DNA of 64,000 nt from an uncultured virus (IMG/VR IMGVR_UViG_3300035071_000047) (taxonomy: Duplodnaviria > Heunggongvirae > Uroviricota > Caudoviricetes). This document shows positions 18,679 to 28,974 of this stretch, in pieces. The stretch lies in the IMG/VR virus record IMGVR_UViG_3300035071_000047; one strand, 5' to 3'. The stretch's first letter is position 1, and each line of letters opens with the position of its first letter. The position numbers were made by a program, and so were the translations under genes. The notes below the pieces were generated by a model that saw nothing but the letters and a program-made list of their open reading frames with translations, made no database searches and had not been told where the DNA came from.

Positions 18679-19491
18679 ATGGTTTGGAAGCCTAAGTCTG
18701 CACGTTTTCAACAGGTCCAGCAGCTCCAGGAGCGGTACGCGTGCGCGGTCGACGCCCGCGCCGCCGCCGACGCCGTCCGCGGGGTGACCACGGCGCGCGC
18801 GACGCGCCAGCGGGTCGCGAAGGACTGCCGGTGCTCGAGGTGCCGTCCGCCCGCGTGCGCCGCCCTCGAGACGGTCCCCGCGGACCAGGCGATCGCCCTC
18901 GAACTGGCCAGACGGACGGAGAAATTTGGGCACTGCTGGTTCTGCGGCGCGGAGTTCGACGGCTTCGCGGACCGCCCCGATCACCTGCTGCTCCCCCGCG
19001 CGCGGGGCGGTGTACGGGTCTCCAGCAACGTCGTGCGCGCGTGCTACCGCTGCGGTCGCGACAAGGGTGACGCGACGGTGGAGGAGTACCGGGCCGGGCT
19101 CTCGCAAGCGCGCGGAGAGTCCGTCGTTTTCGACGGAGAGCGGCGCGGTTTCTGTCCCCGCGCGCCGCACGACGGGAGCATCGCGGACCGCCCCGAGAAC
19201 GTCGCGCGGATCCGCTGGGGCGACGGCGCGAGCTCCGCACCGTCCACGTGCGAGGCGCTCGTCCCGCGCGCCGCGGTGAGCGAGGGGCCGCTCGGGTCCA
19301 CGGGTGAGACGAGCATCGCGACGCACTTTTCGCCGCGGATCCTCGCAAATGGGCGCGTGCGCGCCGCGGAGATCTGCGCCGTCGCGTGCGACGCGCCGCG
19401 CGCGCTCCCGCCGCGGATGCGGCGCCCGCGCCGTCACCTCCGCGCGGGGCGCCTGGTGCGCGCGCCGTCGTACCGCGTCCACGCTCGGTAA
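18679..19491 (+). CDS. Degenerate HNH-domain protein
   Basis: CWFCG...DHLLLPRARGG...SNVVRACYRCGRDKG...TVEEYR; the final Asn/His is replaced by Gly. Confidence 0.6.
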   Translation: MVWKPKSARFQQVQQLQERYACAVDARAAADAVRGVTTARATRQRVAKDCRCSRCRPPACAALETVPADQAIALELARRTEKFGHCWFCGAEFDGFADRPDHLLLPRARGGVRVSSNVVRACYRCGRDKGDATVEEYRAGLSQARGESVVFDGERRGFCPRAPHDGSIADRPENVARIRWGDGASSAPSTCEALVPRAAVSEGPLGSTGETSIATHFSPRILANGRVRAAEICAVACDAPRALPPRMRRPRRHLRAGRLVRAPSYRVHAR

Positions 19492-19970
19492 CTTATCGTA
19501 AGTACGGACCGCGTCCGCGCGCAGCGAACCGCGGTGACCGACGCGCCGATCCGGGCGTCCGATCGGCGCGCGCGCTCCCCGATCGCGACGTTCGGCGACG
19601 CGGTCCTACGCGGCGAGACCCGAGATCCGCGCGCGGTTTCGCGGGCTCCCGCGGCGCGGGTGAATCTGGCGGGCGTGCCCGCCGGACGCGCGATCCGCCG
19701 CGCTCCCGAGACGCCGTCTCGACGCCCGCTCTACCCCCGCTCTGCGCCGGTTCAACGCCCGTTCAAAGCCGGATCCGAACGTTTTTCAGCTCAGGGAGGC
19801 CCGATCGGAGACGTTCGGAGCCGCTCCCAGGGGCGTCCAGGCGGGTCGGGGGAGGCTCTCCCGGGCGTCCCGAGGCGCGCCTAGGGACGTCCAGGCGTCG
19901 AAACGCGCCGATCGTGCGCCCGATCGCACCGTCCGCGCCTGCGAACGCCCGCGCGCCACCTCGGATCGGT

Positions 19971-20067
19971 GTGAACTAGTGTTCACGGTGCGTAAACTTC
20001 GCACCAAGCGCGAACGATCGTTCGCAGATCTGTCCGGTCTTGCATTTTTCAGATCTAGCCTTATCGT
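19971..20067 (+). promoter_or_regulatory. Palindrome cluster and putative sigma-70 promoter of the early-like region
   Basis: GTGAAC-TAGT-GTTCAC, GGTGCG-N7-CGCACC, perfect GCGAACGATCGTTCGC; TTGCAT(20040)-16-TATCGT(20062). Confidence 0.45.
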
Positions 20068-20153
20068 GTAGTTACGGGATTCGTCCCGTTGGCGGACGTA
20101 TTGCAGAACGCCACTCTGCCGCGCACGCGGCCCACACCAAAAGGGGACCTACC

Positions 20154-21803
20154 ATGTCATACATTCTCGCAACCTCTCTCGCGTGCGTCCACGTGGACGA
20201 CGCGCACATGCTCGACGCGGCCGAGACGCTCCGGAACGGCGTCGACGGCACGGCGTCTCACCCCCTCGCGATCTGGCAAGTGTTCGCCGCTGGCGCGCCG
20301 CGGTCGATCGTGACGATCCCGGGGATCGGTCTACCCGATCCGCTTCCCACGCTCGCGACGTCGAGCGCGCCTGCCCCCGTTGCAGTGCCCGCGATCGCGT
20401 CCACGGAGCCGGCTCCCGCCCCCACGAGCGCCCCGGCGGACGACACCGCGCCCCCTAGCGCGCCCGCTCCGGTCGTCGCCGCGGGCGAGGTCGACCAGGT
20501 CGCGAAGGTGCGGATCGACGCGCAGCAAGCCGCGCTCCGCGCCGCGGGCGTCAAGGGGATCGGATACAAGGGTGAAGGGGGCGACGGCGAGCAGTTTTTC
20601 GCGAACGGTACCCGCATGATGGCGAGCGGGTACGACACGCAAGCGGCGCGCAAAGCGGAACATGACGCCATGATGGATCTTCGCGACGCGGCGGACGCAC
20701 TGGCCGATCGCGTGCGCGCCGAGAAGCGCCGTGACGAAGTCGTGACCGCGGGCGAGGTCGGCCGGTCGATCGTCGTGAACGGGAAGATCACCGCACTCGA
20801 CGGGTACGCCTTGGGCGAGCACGCGATCCGCGGCCTACTGCAACGGATCGATTCGGACGCGACGGGCTACGTCTTCGGTCTGCGCGAGCGGATCGCGCGC
20901 CTGGTCGGCGAGGCGAGCGCCGCGGGCGCGGACCGCGGCGCGATCCTGGCCGTCGCCGCCGAGGACAAGGCGAAGATCGCCGAGGTCTTGCAATACGAGT
21001 GCACGCGCCCGCACGTGCGCGACCAGCGCGTCACGATGCGTCTCCGCGACGCGGACCGCGACTGTTACGCTACGCTCGGTCCCAAGTACTCCGAGGCCGA
21101 CGCACCGCGGGCGATCGATCGGCTCTTCCCGCACCTCCCCCGCGGCGCAAAGGGATCCTGGTCGTACGACAAGGCGTCGACGCAGTGGGAGCTACGGTGC
21201 GAGACGTTCACGTCGACGCCCGTCGTCGACCAGGCCGTGGGCGAAGCCTACAGCGCGTACGCCTCTTTCACGTCGCGCGACAACGGGACGAGCCGCTTTC
21301 GTGGTGGAGGCGGGATCATGCTCCTCCGATGCCTTAACGCGAGCACGTACGCGGCCGACGTCTCCGAGGTCGCCCGCGTGCACCGCGGCGACGTACTCGG
21401 CGACGTGGGCGTCATGATGCGCGGCGCAATGGCCGCGATCACGACGCTCGCCACGGCGTGGGGGGAGAACCGCGAGACGGTGATCGTCGCCCCGGAAAAG
21501 GTCACCACGATCGAGGACGTCATTCCCGGCTTCTACCGCCATCTACTCCGCGATCGGTCGTCCGAATTGGTCGGCGTGCTCCCCGGCAAGGTGGAGGAGC
21601 ACGTCACGGGGCTGACGCGCGCCTTCGCGGGCGAGCGTCGCGACGCGGACCGTCTCGTGCGGTCCGACCTCGCGCAAGGGTGGACCCGCTACGTCCAGGA
21701 TCAGGCGAGCGACGTACGACGCGACGCAGAAGCCGCGATCGGTGCGTGGCTGGTCAACGGTCGACGCGTCGGGTGGACGGGCGCGCGCGAGGCGAGCCGC
21801 TAG
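20154..21803 (+). CDS. DUF932/DUF945-like domain protein
   Basis: YATLGPKYSEAD and SFTSRDNGTSRFRGGGGIMLLRCLNAST...RVHRG resemble the DUF932 core (NSHDGS...RxxCxN...H); start follows AAAAGGGGACCTACC. Confidence 0.6.
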   Translation: MSYILATSLACVHVDDAHMLDAAETLRNGVDGTASHPLAIWQVFAAGAPRSIVTIPGIGLPDPLPTLATSSAPAPVAVPAIASTEPAPAPTSAPADDTAPPSAPAPVVAAGEVDQVAKVRIDAQQAALRAAGVKGIGYKGEGGDGEQFFANGTRMMASGYDTQAARKAEHDAMMDLRDAADALADRVRAEKRRDEVVTAGEVGRSIVVNGKITALDGYALGEHAIRGLLQRIDSDATGYVFGLRERIARLVGEASAAGADRGAILAVAAEDKAKIAEVLQYECTRPHVRDQRVTMRLRDADRDCYATLGPKYSEADAPRAIDRLFPHLPRGAKGSWSYDKASTQWELRCETFTSTPVVDQAVGEAYSAYASFTSRDNGTSRFRGGGGIMLLRCLNASTYAADVSEVARVHRGDVLGDVGVMMRGAMAAITTLATAWGENRETVIVAPEKVTTIEDVIPGFYRHLLRDRSSELVGVLPGKVEEHVTGLTRAFAGERRDADRLVRSDLAQGWTRYVQDQASDVRRDAEAAIGAWLVNGRRVGWTGAREASR

Positions 21804-21917
21804 CCGCATCGCGAGAAGTGTAGGACGTCGCGAGGCCGCGAGCCTCGCGCGTCCGGGCGAGCCGATCCAGACTCTGGACGTCTCGCCCGGGCGCGAGCCC
21901 GAGCAAAAGGGGACCTC

Positions 21918-22172
21918 ATGTCTACAGAGACACCAGTGGCCAACGTGCCGCGCAAGCGCGACTATCGCGACGTCTGGCTTTGCGTCGACTGTACGATCTT
22001 GTCCGTCAACGGCGACGCGAGCGGGATCGATCCTGCGCGGCTCACGGCGTGTGAGTCGGGCCTGGATCGACTAGGCGAGATCTCGCCGAATTGGACGAAC
22101 GACGAAGAGAACGGTTGCGGCTCGCGACTCGCGGGCGAAATGCACCGGTTCGCCCATTGGGAGGCGTCGTGA
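21918..22172 (+). CDS. Hypothetical phage protein
   Basis: WLCVDC...NG...CGSRLAGEMH; AAAAGGGGACCTC leader. Confidence 0.65.
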   Translation: MSTETPVANVPRKRDYRDVWLCVDCTILSVNGDASGIDPARLTACESGLDRLGEISPNWTNDEENGCGSRLAGEMHRFAHWEAS

Positions 22173-22795
22173 GCGCCGCCCCCTGCGAACTCCGCGGCGA
22201 CGCCGCGCGGACGGTCCTGCGCGGACTGCGGCTCGCGGGCGCGTCGATCGTCGTCCAGCGTCGCTCGCACCACGCGAGCGACTGCGGCCACGAGATCCGC
22301 GGCATGTGCGAGCGCATGGGCGATTGCCGATGCCTGCGCGTCGCCCGCCTGCGCGTCCCGCGCGCGGGTGACTGGTTGCTGCTCTTCGGCGACTGCGCCG
22401 AGGGTCCGACGGTGCGCCTACAGGGCCCGTACACCGCAGAGACGCCGCTCACCTACGGCGGCGGATTTTGGGCAAAGGTGGAAGTGTGAGCCGGATAGCG
22501 ATCGACCTGTCGCCCGCGGCGTGCGAGCTACTCGAAACGGACGACGACGCCAAGCTAGCCATGCGCGGTCTTGCCGTGCACGGGGCCGCACTCCTCGCCA
22601 CGCGCGAGGCGTGGACCGCCGTGGCGGATGAATTCGAGACGCACTTCGCCTCGGGTGAGTACGTGACGGACAATCCAGGATCCGCCAAGCGGTGCGCACT
22701 CGCGGCCGCGAAGAAGATCCGCAAAGTGCTTGCCATCGGAATCAATAATGACTAACTTCTAGACGCTGGACACTGTCTAAAAAGGGGACCTACCA

Positions 22796-23236
22796 ATGCA
22801 CGAAGCCGTGCGACTGATCGTTGGAGCGCGAGGAGACTACCGTCGACGGAGCCATCCGATCGACGAGGCGTATACGTGGCTGGAGGCCGCGCGCGTCAAA
22901 GGGCTCGTGACGGTGCACGTCGCGAGCATCGGCGAGGTGGACCAGCATGAGAGCTGGACGCTGGCTCCCGTCTCGCCCGAACGCCACGCCACGCTGGCGA
23001 GGCTCGCGGACGGGATCCTGATCCACGCGGGACACCGGACGCTCGCCAGTGACTTGGAATGGCTCGTCGACGCCGGGCTCGCGGAGTGGGTCGACGTCGT
23101 CGTGACCTACCGCGACGCCGGAAACCCCGTCCGTAGCTCGCGCACGTGCGCGCAGATCACGAAGATGGGATCCGACGTGCTCGACTCGGGTGGCACGGTG
23201 CCCCGGTTCGAATTTCGACGCGGCGAAACTGTCTAA
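22796..23236 (+). CDS. Hypothetical protein, tandem paralog 1
   Basis: WTLAP...LARLADG..HAGHRTLASDLEWLVDAGLAEW, shared with the next gene. Confidence 0.75.
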   Translation: MHEAVRLIVGARGDYRRRSHPIDEAYTWLEAARVKGLVTVHVASIGEVDQHESWTLAPVSPERHATLARLADGILIHAGHRTLASDLEWLVDAGLAEWVDVVVTYRDAGNPVRSSRTCAQITKMGSDVLDSGGTVPRFEFRRGETV

Positions 23237-23254
23237 ATAAAAAGGGGACCTACC

Positions 23255-23659
23255 ATGCACGATGCGATCAAGGCGATCGTCCAGAACGACGGTAAGCCGC
23301 TCACGACGCGGAACGATACGAGCCCGCGCGGGCTCCTACGAACCTTGGAGGAAGGCGAGCGGCTCGGGCTCGTCCGCGCCTACCGGTCGTCGATCGGAGA
23401 GTCAAACGAGCGCGCCACGTGGACGCTCGTGGCGCCGAACGCCGCGCAACGCGCGGCGCTCGCGCGGCTCGGGGACGGCCTGATCGGTGCGGGACACCGC
23501 GCCATGGCGGACGATCTGAAATGGCTCGTCGACGCGGGACTCGCCGAGTGGTGCACCGTCCGCATTACCTACGCCAACGACAGTCGGGCGACCCTCACGT
23601 GCGCGACGTTGACGCCCGCGGGTGTCGCGGTGCGCGAAGCCGTTCCGGTGTCGACGTGA
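23255..23659 (+). CDS. Hypothetical protein, tandem paralog 2
   Basis: WTLVAP...LARLGDG..GAGHRAMADDLKWLVDAGLAEW. Confidence 0.75.
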   Translation: MHDAIKAIVQNDGKPLTTRNDTSPRGLLRTLEEGERLGLVRAYRSSIGESNERATWTLVAPNAAQRAALARLGDGLIGAGHRAMADDLKWLVDAGLAEWCTVRITYANDSRATLTCATLTPAGVAVREAVPVST

Positions 23660-24197
23660 GTTCGATCTATCGGCTCATCGCGGCCGTACAGTGCGCGATC
23701 ACGGACTACGACGGGAGCGGAGACCATACGCGCCACGACGGAGGCGCGGCGGACGATTGCATTCGGTGCAAGCTCGTTGCGGCGCTGCCGCCTGGTGCGC
23801 AGAACGAGATCGATGCGTTGGAGCGCGCGCGCAACGTGCTCACGTGCCCTCACTGCGCCGCAGAGTACCGTCGCGAACCTGGACAGAGTGGCATCCGTCT
23901 ATGCCGCAAGTGTGAGCGACCGGTCGACGCGAATCCTGCTCCCGTCTCGCGTCCTGTCGCAGACATGGTCTCGACGGCGCGCGCCGCGTCGGACGAAACC
24001 ATGGTGCAGGCTTACGTCACGATCCGCGGCGGAGGACACTTCATTTGCTACCTGGTTCCGGAGATCTGTCTCCTTCAGGTGGAAATGATCGCCCGCTCCT
24101 GTCAACCGATTAGCGTCTGCCTGGACGAACCCGAGAACGAAGACGGTGAGCGCCCGTGCGGGTGGACGATGGTAGCTCGCTGGACGCCGGAGATGTC

Positions 24198-24791
24198 ATG
24201 AACGCGCCGACCGTGAACCGCACTCCCGCTCACTGCACCTTCTGCGGCTGGCTCGTCCCCGCGGAAGGCGTCACGATCGTCAAGAACGATCACCCGTGTG
24301 ACGGCGCGAAGCCGGCGCGCTGCAAGGATTCCGCGTGCGTCTCACACCTCTTGTGCGACGCCTACGGTCGCACGATCTGTTTTCACCGCAACATCCACCC
24401 GGCGCGCGTCGACGGCTGTCACACGTCGTGCCTCGACTGCGGCGCACACGTCATCGTTGAGACGGCGCAGTACGCGAGCGGGCAGACGCCCGCCGAGGAC
24501 GCGGCGAAGATGCGCGCGCAGTGCGATGCGGCGCATCCGATCCCGACGGACTACGCGCCGTCGCACCAGACGCCCGAGACGATCCGAGGCTTCGTCAACG
24601 TCTGTTATGCGCTCGTTCAAACGATCGAGGCAACAGGCGGTATCGAAGGAAACGGCGAAAACGATGATTTGGCGCCGTGCGGCGATCCAGAGTGGGTCGA
24701 CCTCGCGAGCGCGTACCTCACCGCGTGTACCGCGCTCGACGTCGACCCGCTGGTCAACGGGAAACGTGAGAAGGGGGAGAAAAAATCGTGA
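24198..24791 (+). CDS. Cys-rich hypothetical protein
   Basis: CTFCG, CLDCG; C-terminal DPEWVDLASAYLTAC. Confidence 0.6.
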   Translation: MNAPTVNRTPAHCTFCGWLVPAEGVTIVKNDHPCDGAKPARCKDSACVSHLLCDAYGRTICFHRNIHPARVDGCHTSCLDCGAHVIVETAQYASGQTPAEDAAKMRAQCDAAHPIPTDYAPSHQTPETIRGFVNVCYALVQTIEATGGIEGNGENDDLAPCGDPEWVDLASAYLTACTALDVDPLVNGKREKGEKKS

Positions 24792-24984
24792 CTCTCCTGA
24801 TCGACCACGCGCTAGGTACACCTCGCCCGTCCGCTGGCGAGCAGTGGCGCGCCGCGGACGGTAGCCGAGTCGTCGTCATTGACGGCGTACATGACGGGTA
24901 CGTGGACGCTCACAATAAGCATACGAATCGAAGGACAACGATCCAGCTCACTACGCTCGTGAGTCGCTACCGAAAGGTGCCGTC

Positions 24985-26058
24985 ATGAGGCATACGAGCG
25001 CCGACCTTCCCGCGCTCGCGCGAGCCGCGGGACTCGCCGGGGAGGAGTGGTTCGCCTGGACGGGGAGCGACGCCGTCCAGGCGATCGTCAACGCGAGCGA
25101 TGACGTACACGCCGAGCCGATCGAAGCGGCGTTCAACGACGGCGTACGCGAGCGGCGTCTCACCGTGGACGGTTGGCGCGTCGCGTGGACGACGGCGCCG
25201 GAGGACTACGACACGTACGGCACCGAGACGATCGAGGTGTGCGGTCCGTACCACGGCAAGACGCTCCGCAAGGTCTTGGTCGACCCGAGACGCGCGACCT
25301 ACCAGTTTGACCGCTACGGGTCTGGACTCCACCCGACGTGGGACGAGGACCCGCGCGAGACGGACCGGAAGATCGCCGAGCGCATCGCCGCGGACAAGGC
25401 AGAGCGCGAGGTGCGCGAGGCGAAGCGCGCCGACGGGATCGCGTGGCTCCAAACGTTGGACGCAGCCGCGATCGACGACGACAGTAGCGAGGCGTTCGAC
25501 ACGTTCGAATCGCGAGGCGTCGGGTACACCGAGGTCCGCGCGGAGCGCGCGCGCCGGGCGAAAGCAGCGGCGGACGCGGAACGCGCCGCGACGTGGGCGC
25601 GCATCCGCGCGACGATCCCGGATGGCGCGACGATCGTGGACGACGGCGCGCCGGGCGAGCGCGGCGTGTACGGTCTGATCCCTGGTCGCGACCCGTGCGT
25701 CTGGCGCGACGTGCGGATCGTCCCGAGCTACGACGATCCGGACAAGGGCGAGGTGCGCGACGAGTCGGGCGAGGACGTTGGTAGTCCTCTCCTCGTCGCC
25801 GACTACCTCGCGAGCGGGCGCCTACGGCTCACTCGCGATGGGGAGATCTTCCCTCCGCGTGCGGTCGTCTTGCGCGCGGGCGGCTGGAGTCGATTGCGCG
25901 AGATCCGCCGCGTGGAAGCCGTCGGAAAAGTGGTGTGGGTCACGCGAGCTATGTTTGCGAGCGACTTCATGGTGCTCGACGACGCCGGGCACCTCGTGCG
26001 GTCAAAGAAGGTGGCGGAGACAGCGGCCGCGATCGCGGCGAAAGGAGGTGTGGCGTGA
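24985..26058 (+). CDS. Hypothetical protein (357 aa)
   Basis: Long coupled ORF (YQFDRYGSGLHP). Confidence 0.7.
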   Translation: MRHTSADLPALARAAGLAGEEWFAWTGSDAVQAIVNASDDVHAEPIEAAFNDGVRERRLTVDGWRVAWTTAPEDYDTYGTETIEVCGPYHGKTLRKVLVDPRRATYQFDRYGSGLHPTWDEDPRETDRKIAERIAADKAEREVREAKRADGIAWLQTLDAAAIDDDSSEAFDTFESRGVGYTEVRAERARRAKAAADAERAATWARIRATIPDGATIVDDGAPGERGVYGLIPGRDPCVWRDVRIVPSYDDPDKGEVRDESGEDVGSPLLVADYLASGRLRLTRDGEIFPPRAVVLRAGGWSRLREIRRVEAVGKVVWVTRAMFASDFMVLDDAGHLVRSKKVAETAAAIAAKGGVA

Positions 26059-26276
26059 TCATTGACGACGATCAAGAGATCACGTTTTACAACGTCACGA
26101 TCACCGTCCCGCTAGGCGGCGAACGTGATGCAGCAAAGAACGCCTATACGAAGCTATGCGAAGCGTTAGCCAGTATCGGCGCGGACTGGGAAACGGATAC
26201 GTTTACGACGTCGACTGATCCGAAAGACGGACACGTCTCTACGGACGTCCTATTTCCAGAGGAAGAGAAATTGTGA

Positions 26277-26436
26277 CACTCGACCGGTGAGCCCACGTGG
26301 CTCGCCCGTCGAAGCGAACCGCTCGCCCGTCTATCTGCGCGCGCCCGTGACCGTCACCCCCTTTTCGGGCTCGGTCTCGCGCGGCCGCGCGGGCGGTTCG
26401 CTCCGGCGAACAACCGAAACAACGAAAGGGGACACC
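26277..26436 (+). other. Structured intergenic leader, putative cis-regulatory RNA
   Basis: 14-bp stem 26313-26326/26389-26402 (one GU) with inner helices; upstream hairpin TCGAC...GAGCC/GGCTC...GTCGA. Confidence 0.5.
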
Positions 26437-26766
26437 ATGTCGATCGATACCCTCATGGGTAAGAAACCGAACCGGATCGAGCGGATGGTCGGGATCGTCG
26501 AGGAGAGGCTGGCCGCGCTCGACGAGGCGAAGCGCGCCGAGATGACGAAGGCGCTCACGCTCACGCACGAGGAGCACTTCGCCTTCCAGACCGCGCAGTC
26601 GCACGCGCACGCGGGAGGTAAGCTCACGCTCGACGAGGCGCAGGCGGTCTACGCGGCGCTTGGCGGCGAGCAGTACGCGTCGACGGCCGACGGCTGGCCG
26701 GAGTCGACGACGCTCGCGATGCGTATCACCGTGACGAAACTCATGGGCGAGCTACTGAGGCACTGA
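26437..26766 (+). CDS. Hypothetical protein
   Basis: AAAGGGGACACC leader; helical ORF. Confidence 0.7.
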   Translation: MSIDTLMGKKPNRIERMVGIVEERLAALDEAKRAEMTKALTLTHEEHFAFQTAQSHAHAGGKLTLDEAQAVYAALGGEQYASTADGWPESTTLAMRITVTKLMGELLRH

Positions 26767-27605
26767 CCGCGATGCCGGACCATAGGAGAGCGATCAGGGA
26801 AGAGCGGGAGCTGCGCGCGCTGCGCCTCCTGGAGGATAGCGTCCGGCGGACCTTCCCACACGGGGCGACCTTCGCGCGGGAGCTGGAGTACGTGTCGGAG
26901 GTGCGCACGACGCCCATCGCGACGTCGCACCACGAGATCCACCTCTGCGCGACGGGGACGGACGACGTCCTCTATCGTCTCGACGTGTCGGGTAAGTCGT
27001 CGGCCGAGATCCAAGCCGTCTACGACGGGTGGATCGCCGGTCTCGACCGGTCGCGCTTCTATCTGTCCGACGTTGTCGTCGAGGCGGGTCGATGAGACGC
27101 AACGTCGAGTGCTGGTACCAGATCTTCCGCTGGCGCCTGGAGATGTACGGCTCCGAAGTCGGCGCCGTGTGGGCGCGAACGCAGAACGAGGCGTGCGCCC
27201 GTGCGCGCGAGGCGTTCGGACCGGGGAGCTACACGGCACGCGCGCTGCCAGACGACGCCGCGAAGCGCGCTGCGAAGACCGACGTCGACCGCGCGATCGC
27301 GTTCGGGGCCACCTACGACCGCGGGGAAGAGGTCTACTTCCGATGAAACCCGGATCGATAGCCTCGTTCCGATCCGCCGCGGAGCTTCCCGACCGCGACG
27401 ACGACGAGGAGACGCAGAAGCGCGAGGGTCACTGGAAACCGTGTATCGCGCATCCGCATGGCGAAGGGTCGCACGAGATCATGTCTGGCGAGCTACGGTG
27501 CGTCTACTGCGGTACGCCGCTCCTGCAACCGCGGTGCAACGGATGCGATCGGTGGATATCGATCGTCGATGCGCGCGACGGTGAGACGCGGTGCGAGGTG
27601 TGTCG

Positions 27606-27980
27606 GTGACTCGCGGTCGCCTCCCTCGCCCCACCTGGACCGTCGCGCACCCCGAGCTGCGTGGCGTGTACGTCGGCGGCTGCGTCGCGCGCGGCGTCGG
27701 ATCGTCCTTCCGGGCGAAGGCGCACGCGCACATCAGCGGCGGATGGCGCGGGTGGATCTGCTTTCGGTCCGACCGATGGCTGTCCGTCGTCGCGCTCTGG
27801 AAACACGAGCTGGCCCACGTGGTCACGCGCCAGGGTCACACCGAGGCGTGGCGACGGTTCCTGTTGCAGATCGGCGGCACGCTGGATCCGGTCACCGTGA
27901 ACGGCAAGAACGTCCTTCGGTCGTATCATCCAAAAACGAGACGACTGCTCGACGTGGCTTGCGGCGACGGCGAGACGTGA
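27606..27980 (+). CDS. SprT-like/zincin HExxH metalloprotein
   Basis: LWKHELAHVVTRQGHTEAWRR (HExxH...GH...W). Confidence 0.6.
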   Translation: MTRGRLPRPTWTVAHPELRGVYVGGCVARGVGSSFRAKAHAHISGGWRGWICFRSDRWLSVVALWKHELAHVVTRQGHTEAWRRFLLQIGGTLDPVTVNGKNVLRSYHPKTRRLLDVACGDGET

Positions 27981-28311
27981 TTATCTGAATTCTGGACACT
28001 AAAAAAGGGGACCTGAACATGACGACGAAGCTGGACGAGGCGGAGCGCGACGTGGTGACGGCGCTTCTTCAGGTAGCTCACGCCGCGAGCACGCTGCTCG
28101 ACGAGTCAAAGAAAAAGACGGTCGACACGCGTACCGATCCGCTCGCTCGCGCGATCGCAGGTTCGGGGCGCGAGTGCCTCATCATCGTCCAGACGCGCGA
28201 CGCTGAGACGCTTCGCGCCGCGCTCGACGTCTGGCACGCGGCCGAGGACGTCCGCGCCGCCGAGATGGTTCGCGCGCTGCGCGGCGACGACGCGCCGGCC
28301 GGGGTGACGTC

Positions 28312-28974
28312 GTGAGCGAGTGGACCGTGAGACTACTCGGCGACAAGCTCGGCCACGTCGACGAGCGCATCTCATTGCTCGCCCCCTGCGGAATGGGCGC
28401 CGACGAGGCGAATACCTGCGCACCTAGTGCCGCAGACGTCGCGCGCCTCGCGGACGTCGGATCGGTCGCCTTCGTGGACAGGGGCGACCACCCGACCCGG
28501 ATCGAGTCGATCTACCGCGTCACGCGCGGGCGGTCGGCGACGCTGATCCTGGGTCGGGAAGGTCTGGGCGAGGCGGACGAGGCCGACTTTCTCGATTGGG
28601 TCGACTACGTCTCCGAGCGGATCGACGAGGCGACCGGATTGGACGTCACCGTAGGGGTCTGTCGACCGCGCGACGTCCAGACGGACGCGGTCACGGAAAC
28701 CCTGGAGAGAGAGTACGTACTCTCGGCGGTTCAGGACTTGTGGGGCACCTATTGCGCTGAGGGCGGGTCGGGGAGGGTGAAGCCATGCTACGGCTACCAG
28801 ATCGTCGGCCGCGGCGGCGAGGTCCTCGACTCGTGCTGGGGATTCTACGGGGAGCTGGAGTACGTTCGCGGCGAGGCGCGATCCGCGGCGGAGAGTACGG
28901 ACGATCCCACGATCGAGCGAGCGGCCGAAGAGCTGGCGGGGCGGGTGACGTACGCCGGGCCGGTGATGTCGTGA
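28312..28974 (+). CDS. Acidic hypothetical phage protein
   Basis: C-terminal YGYQI...GEVLDSCWGFYG motif. Confidence 0.6.
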   Translation: MSEWTVRLLGDKLGHVDERISLLAPCGMGADEANTCAPSAADVARLADVGSVAFVDRGDHPTRIESIYRVTRGRSATLILGREGLGEADEADFLDWVDYVSERIDEATGLDVTVGVCRPRDVQTDAVTETLEREYVLSAVQDLWGTYCAEGGSGRVKPCYGYQIVGRGGEVLDSCWGFYGELEYVRGEARSAAESTDDPTIERAAEELAGRVTYAGPVMS

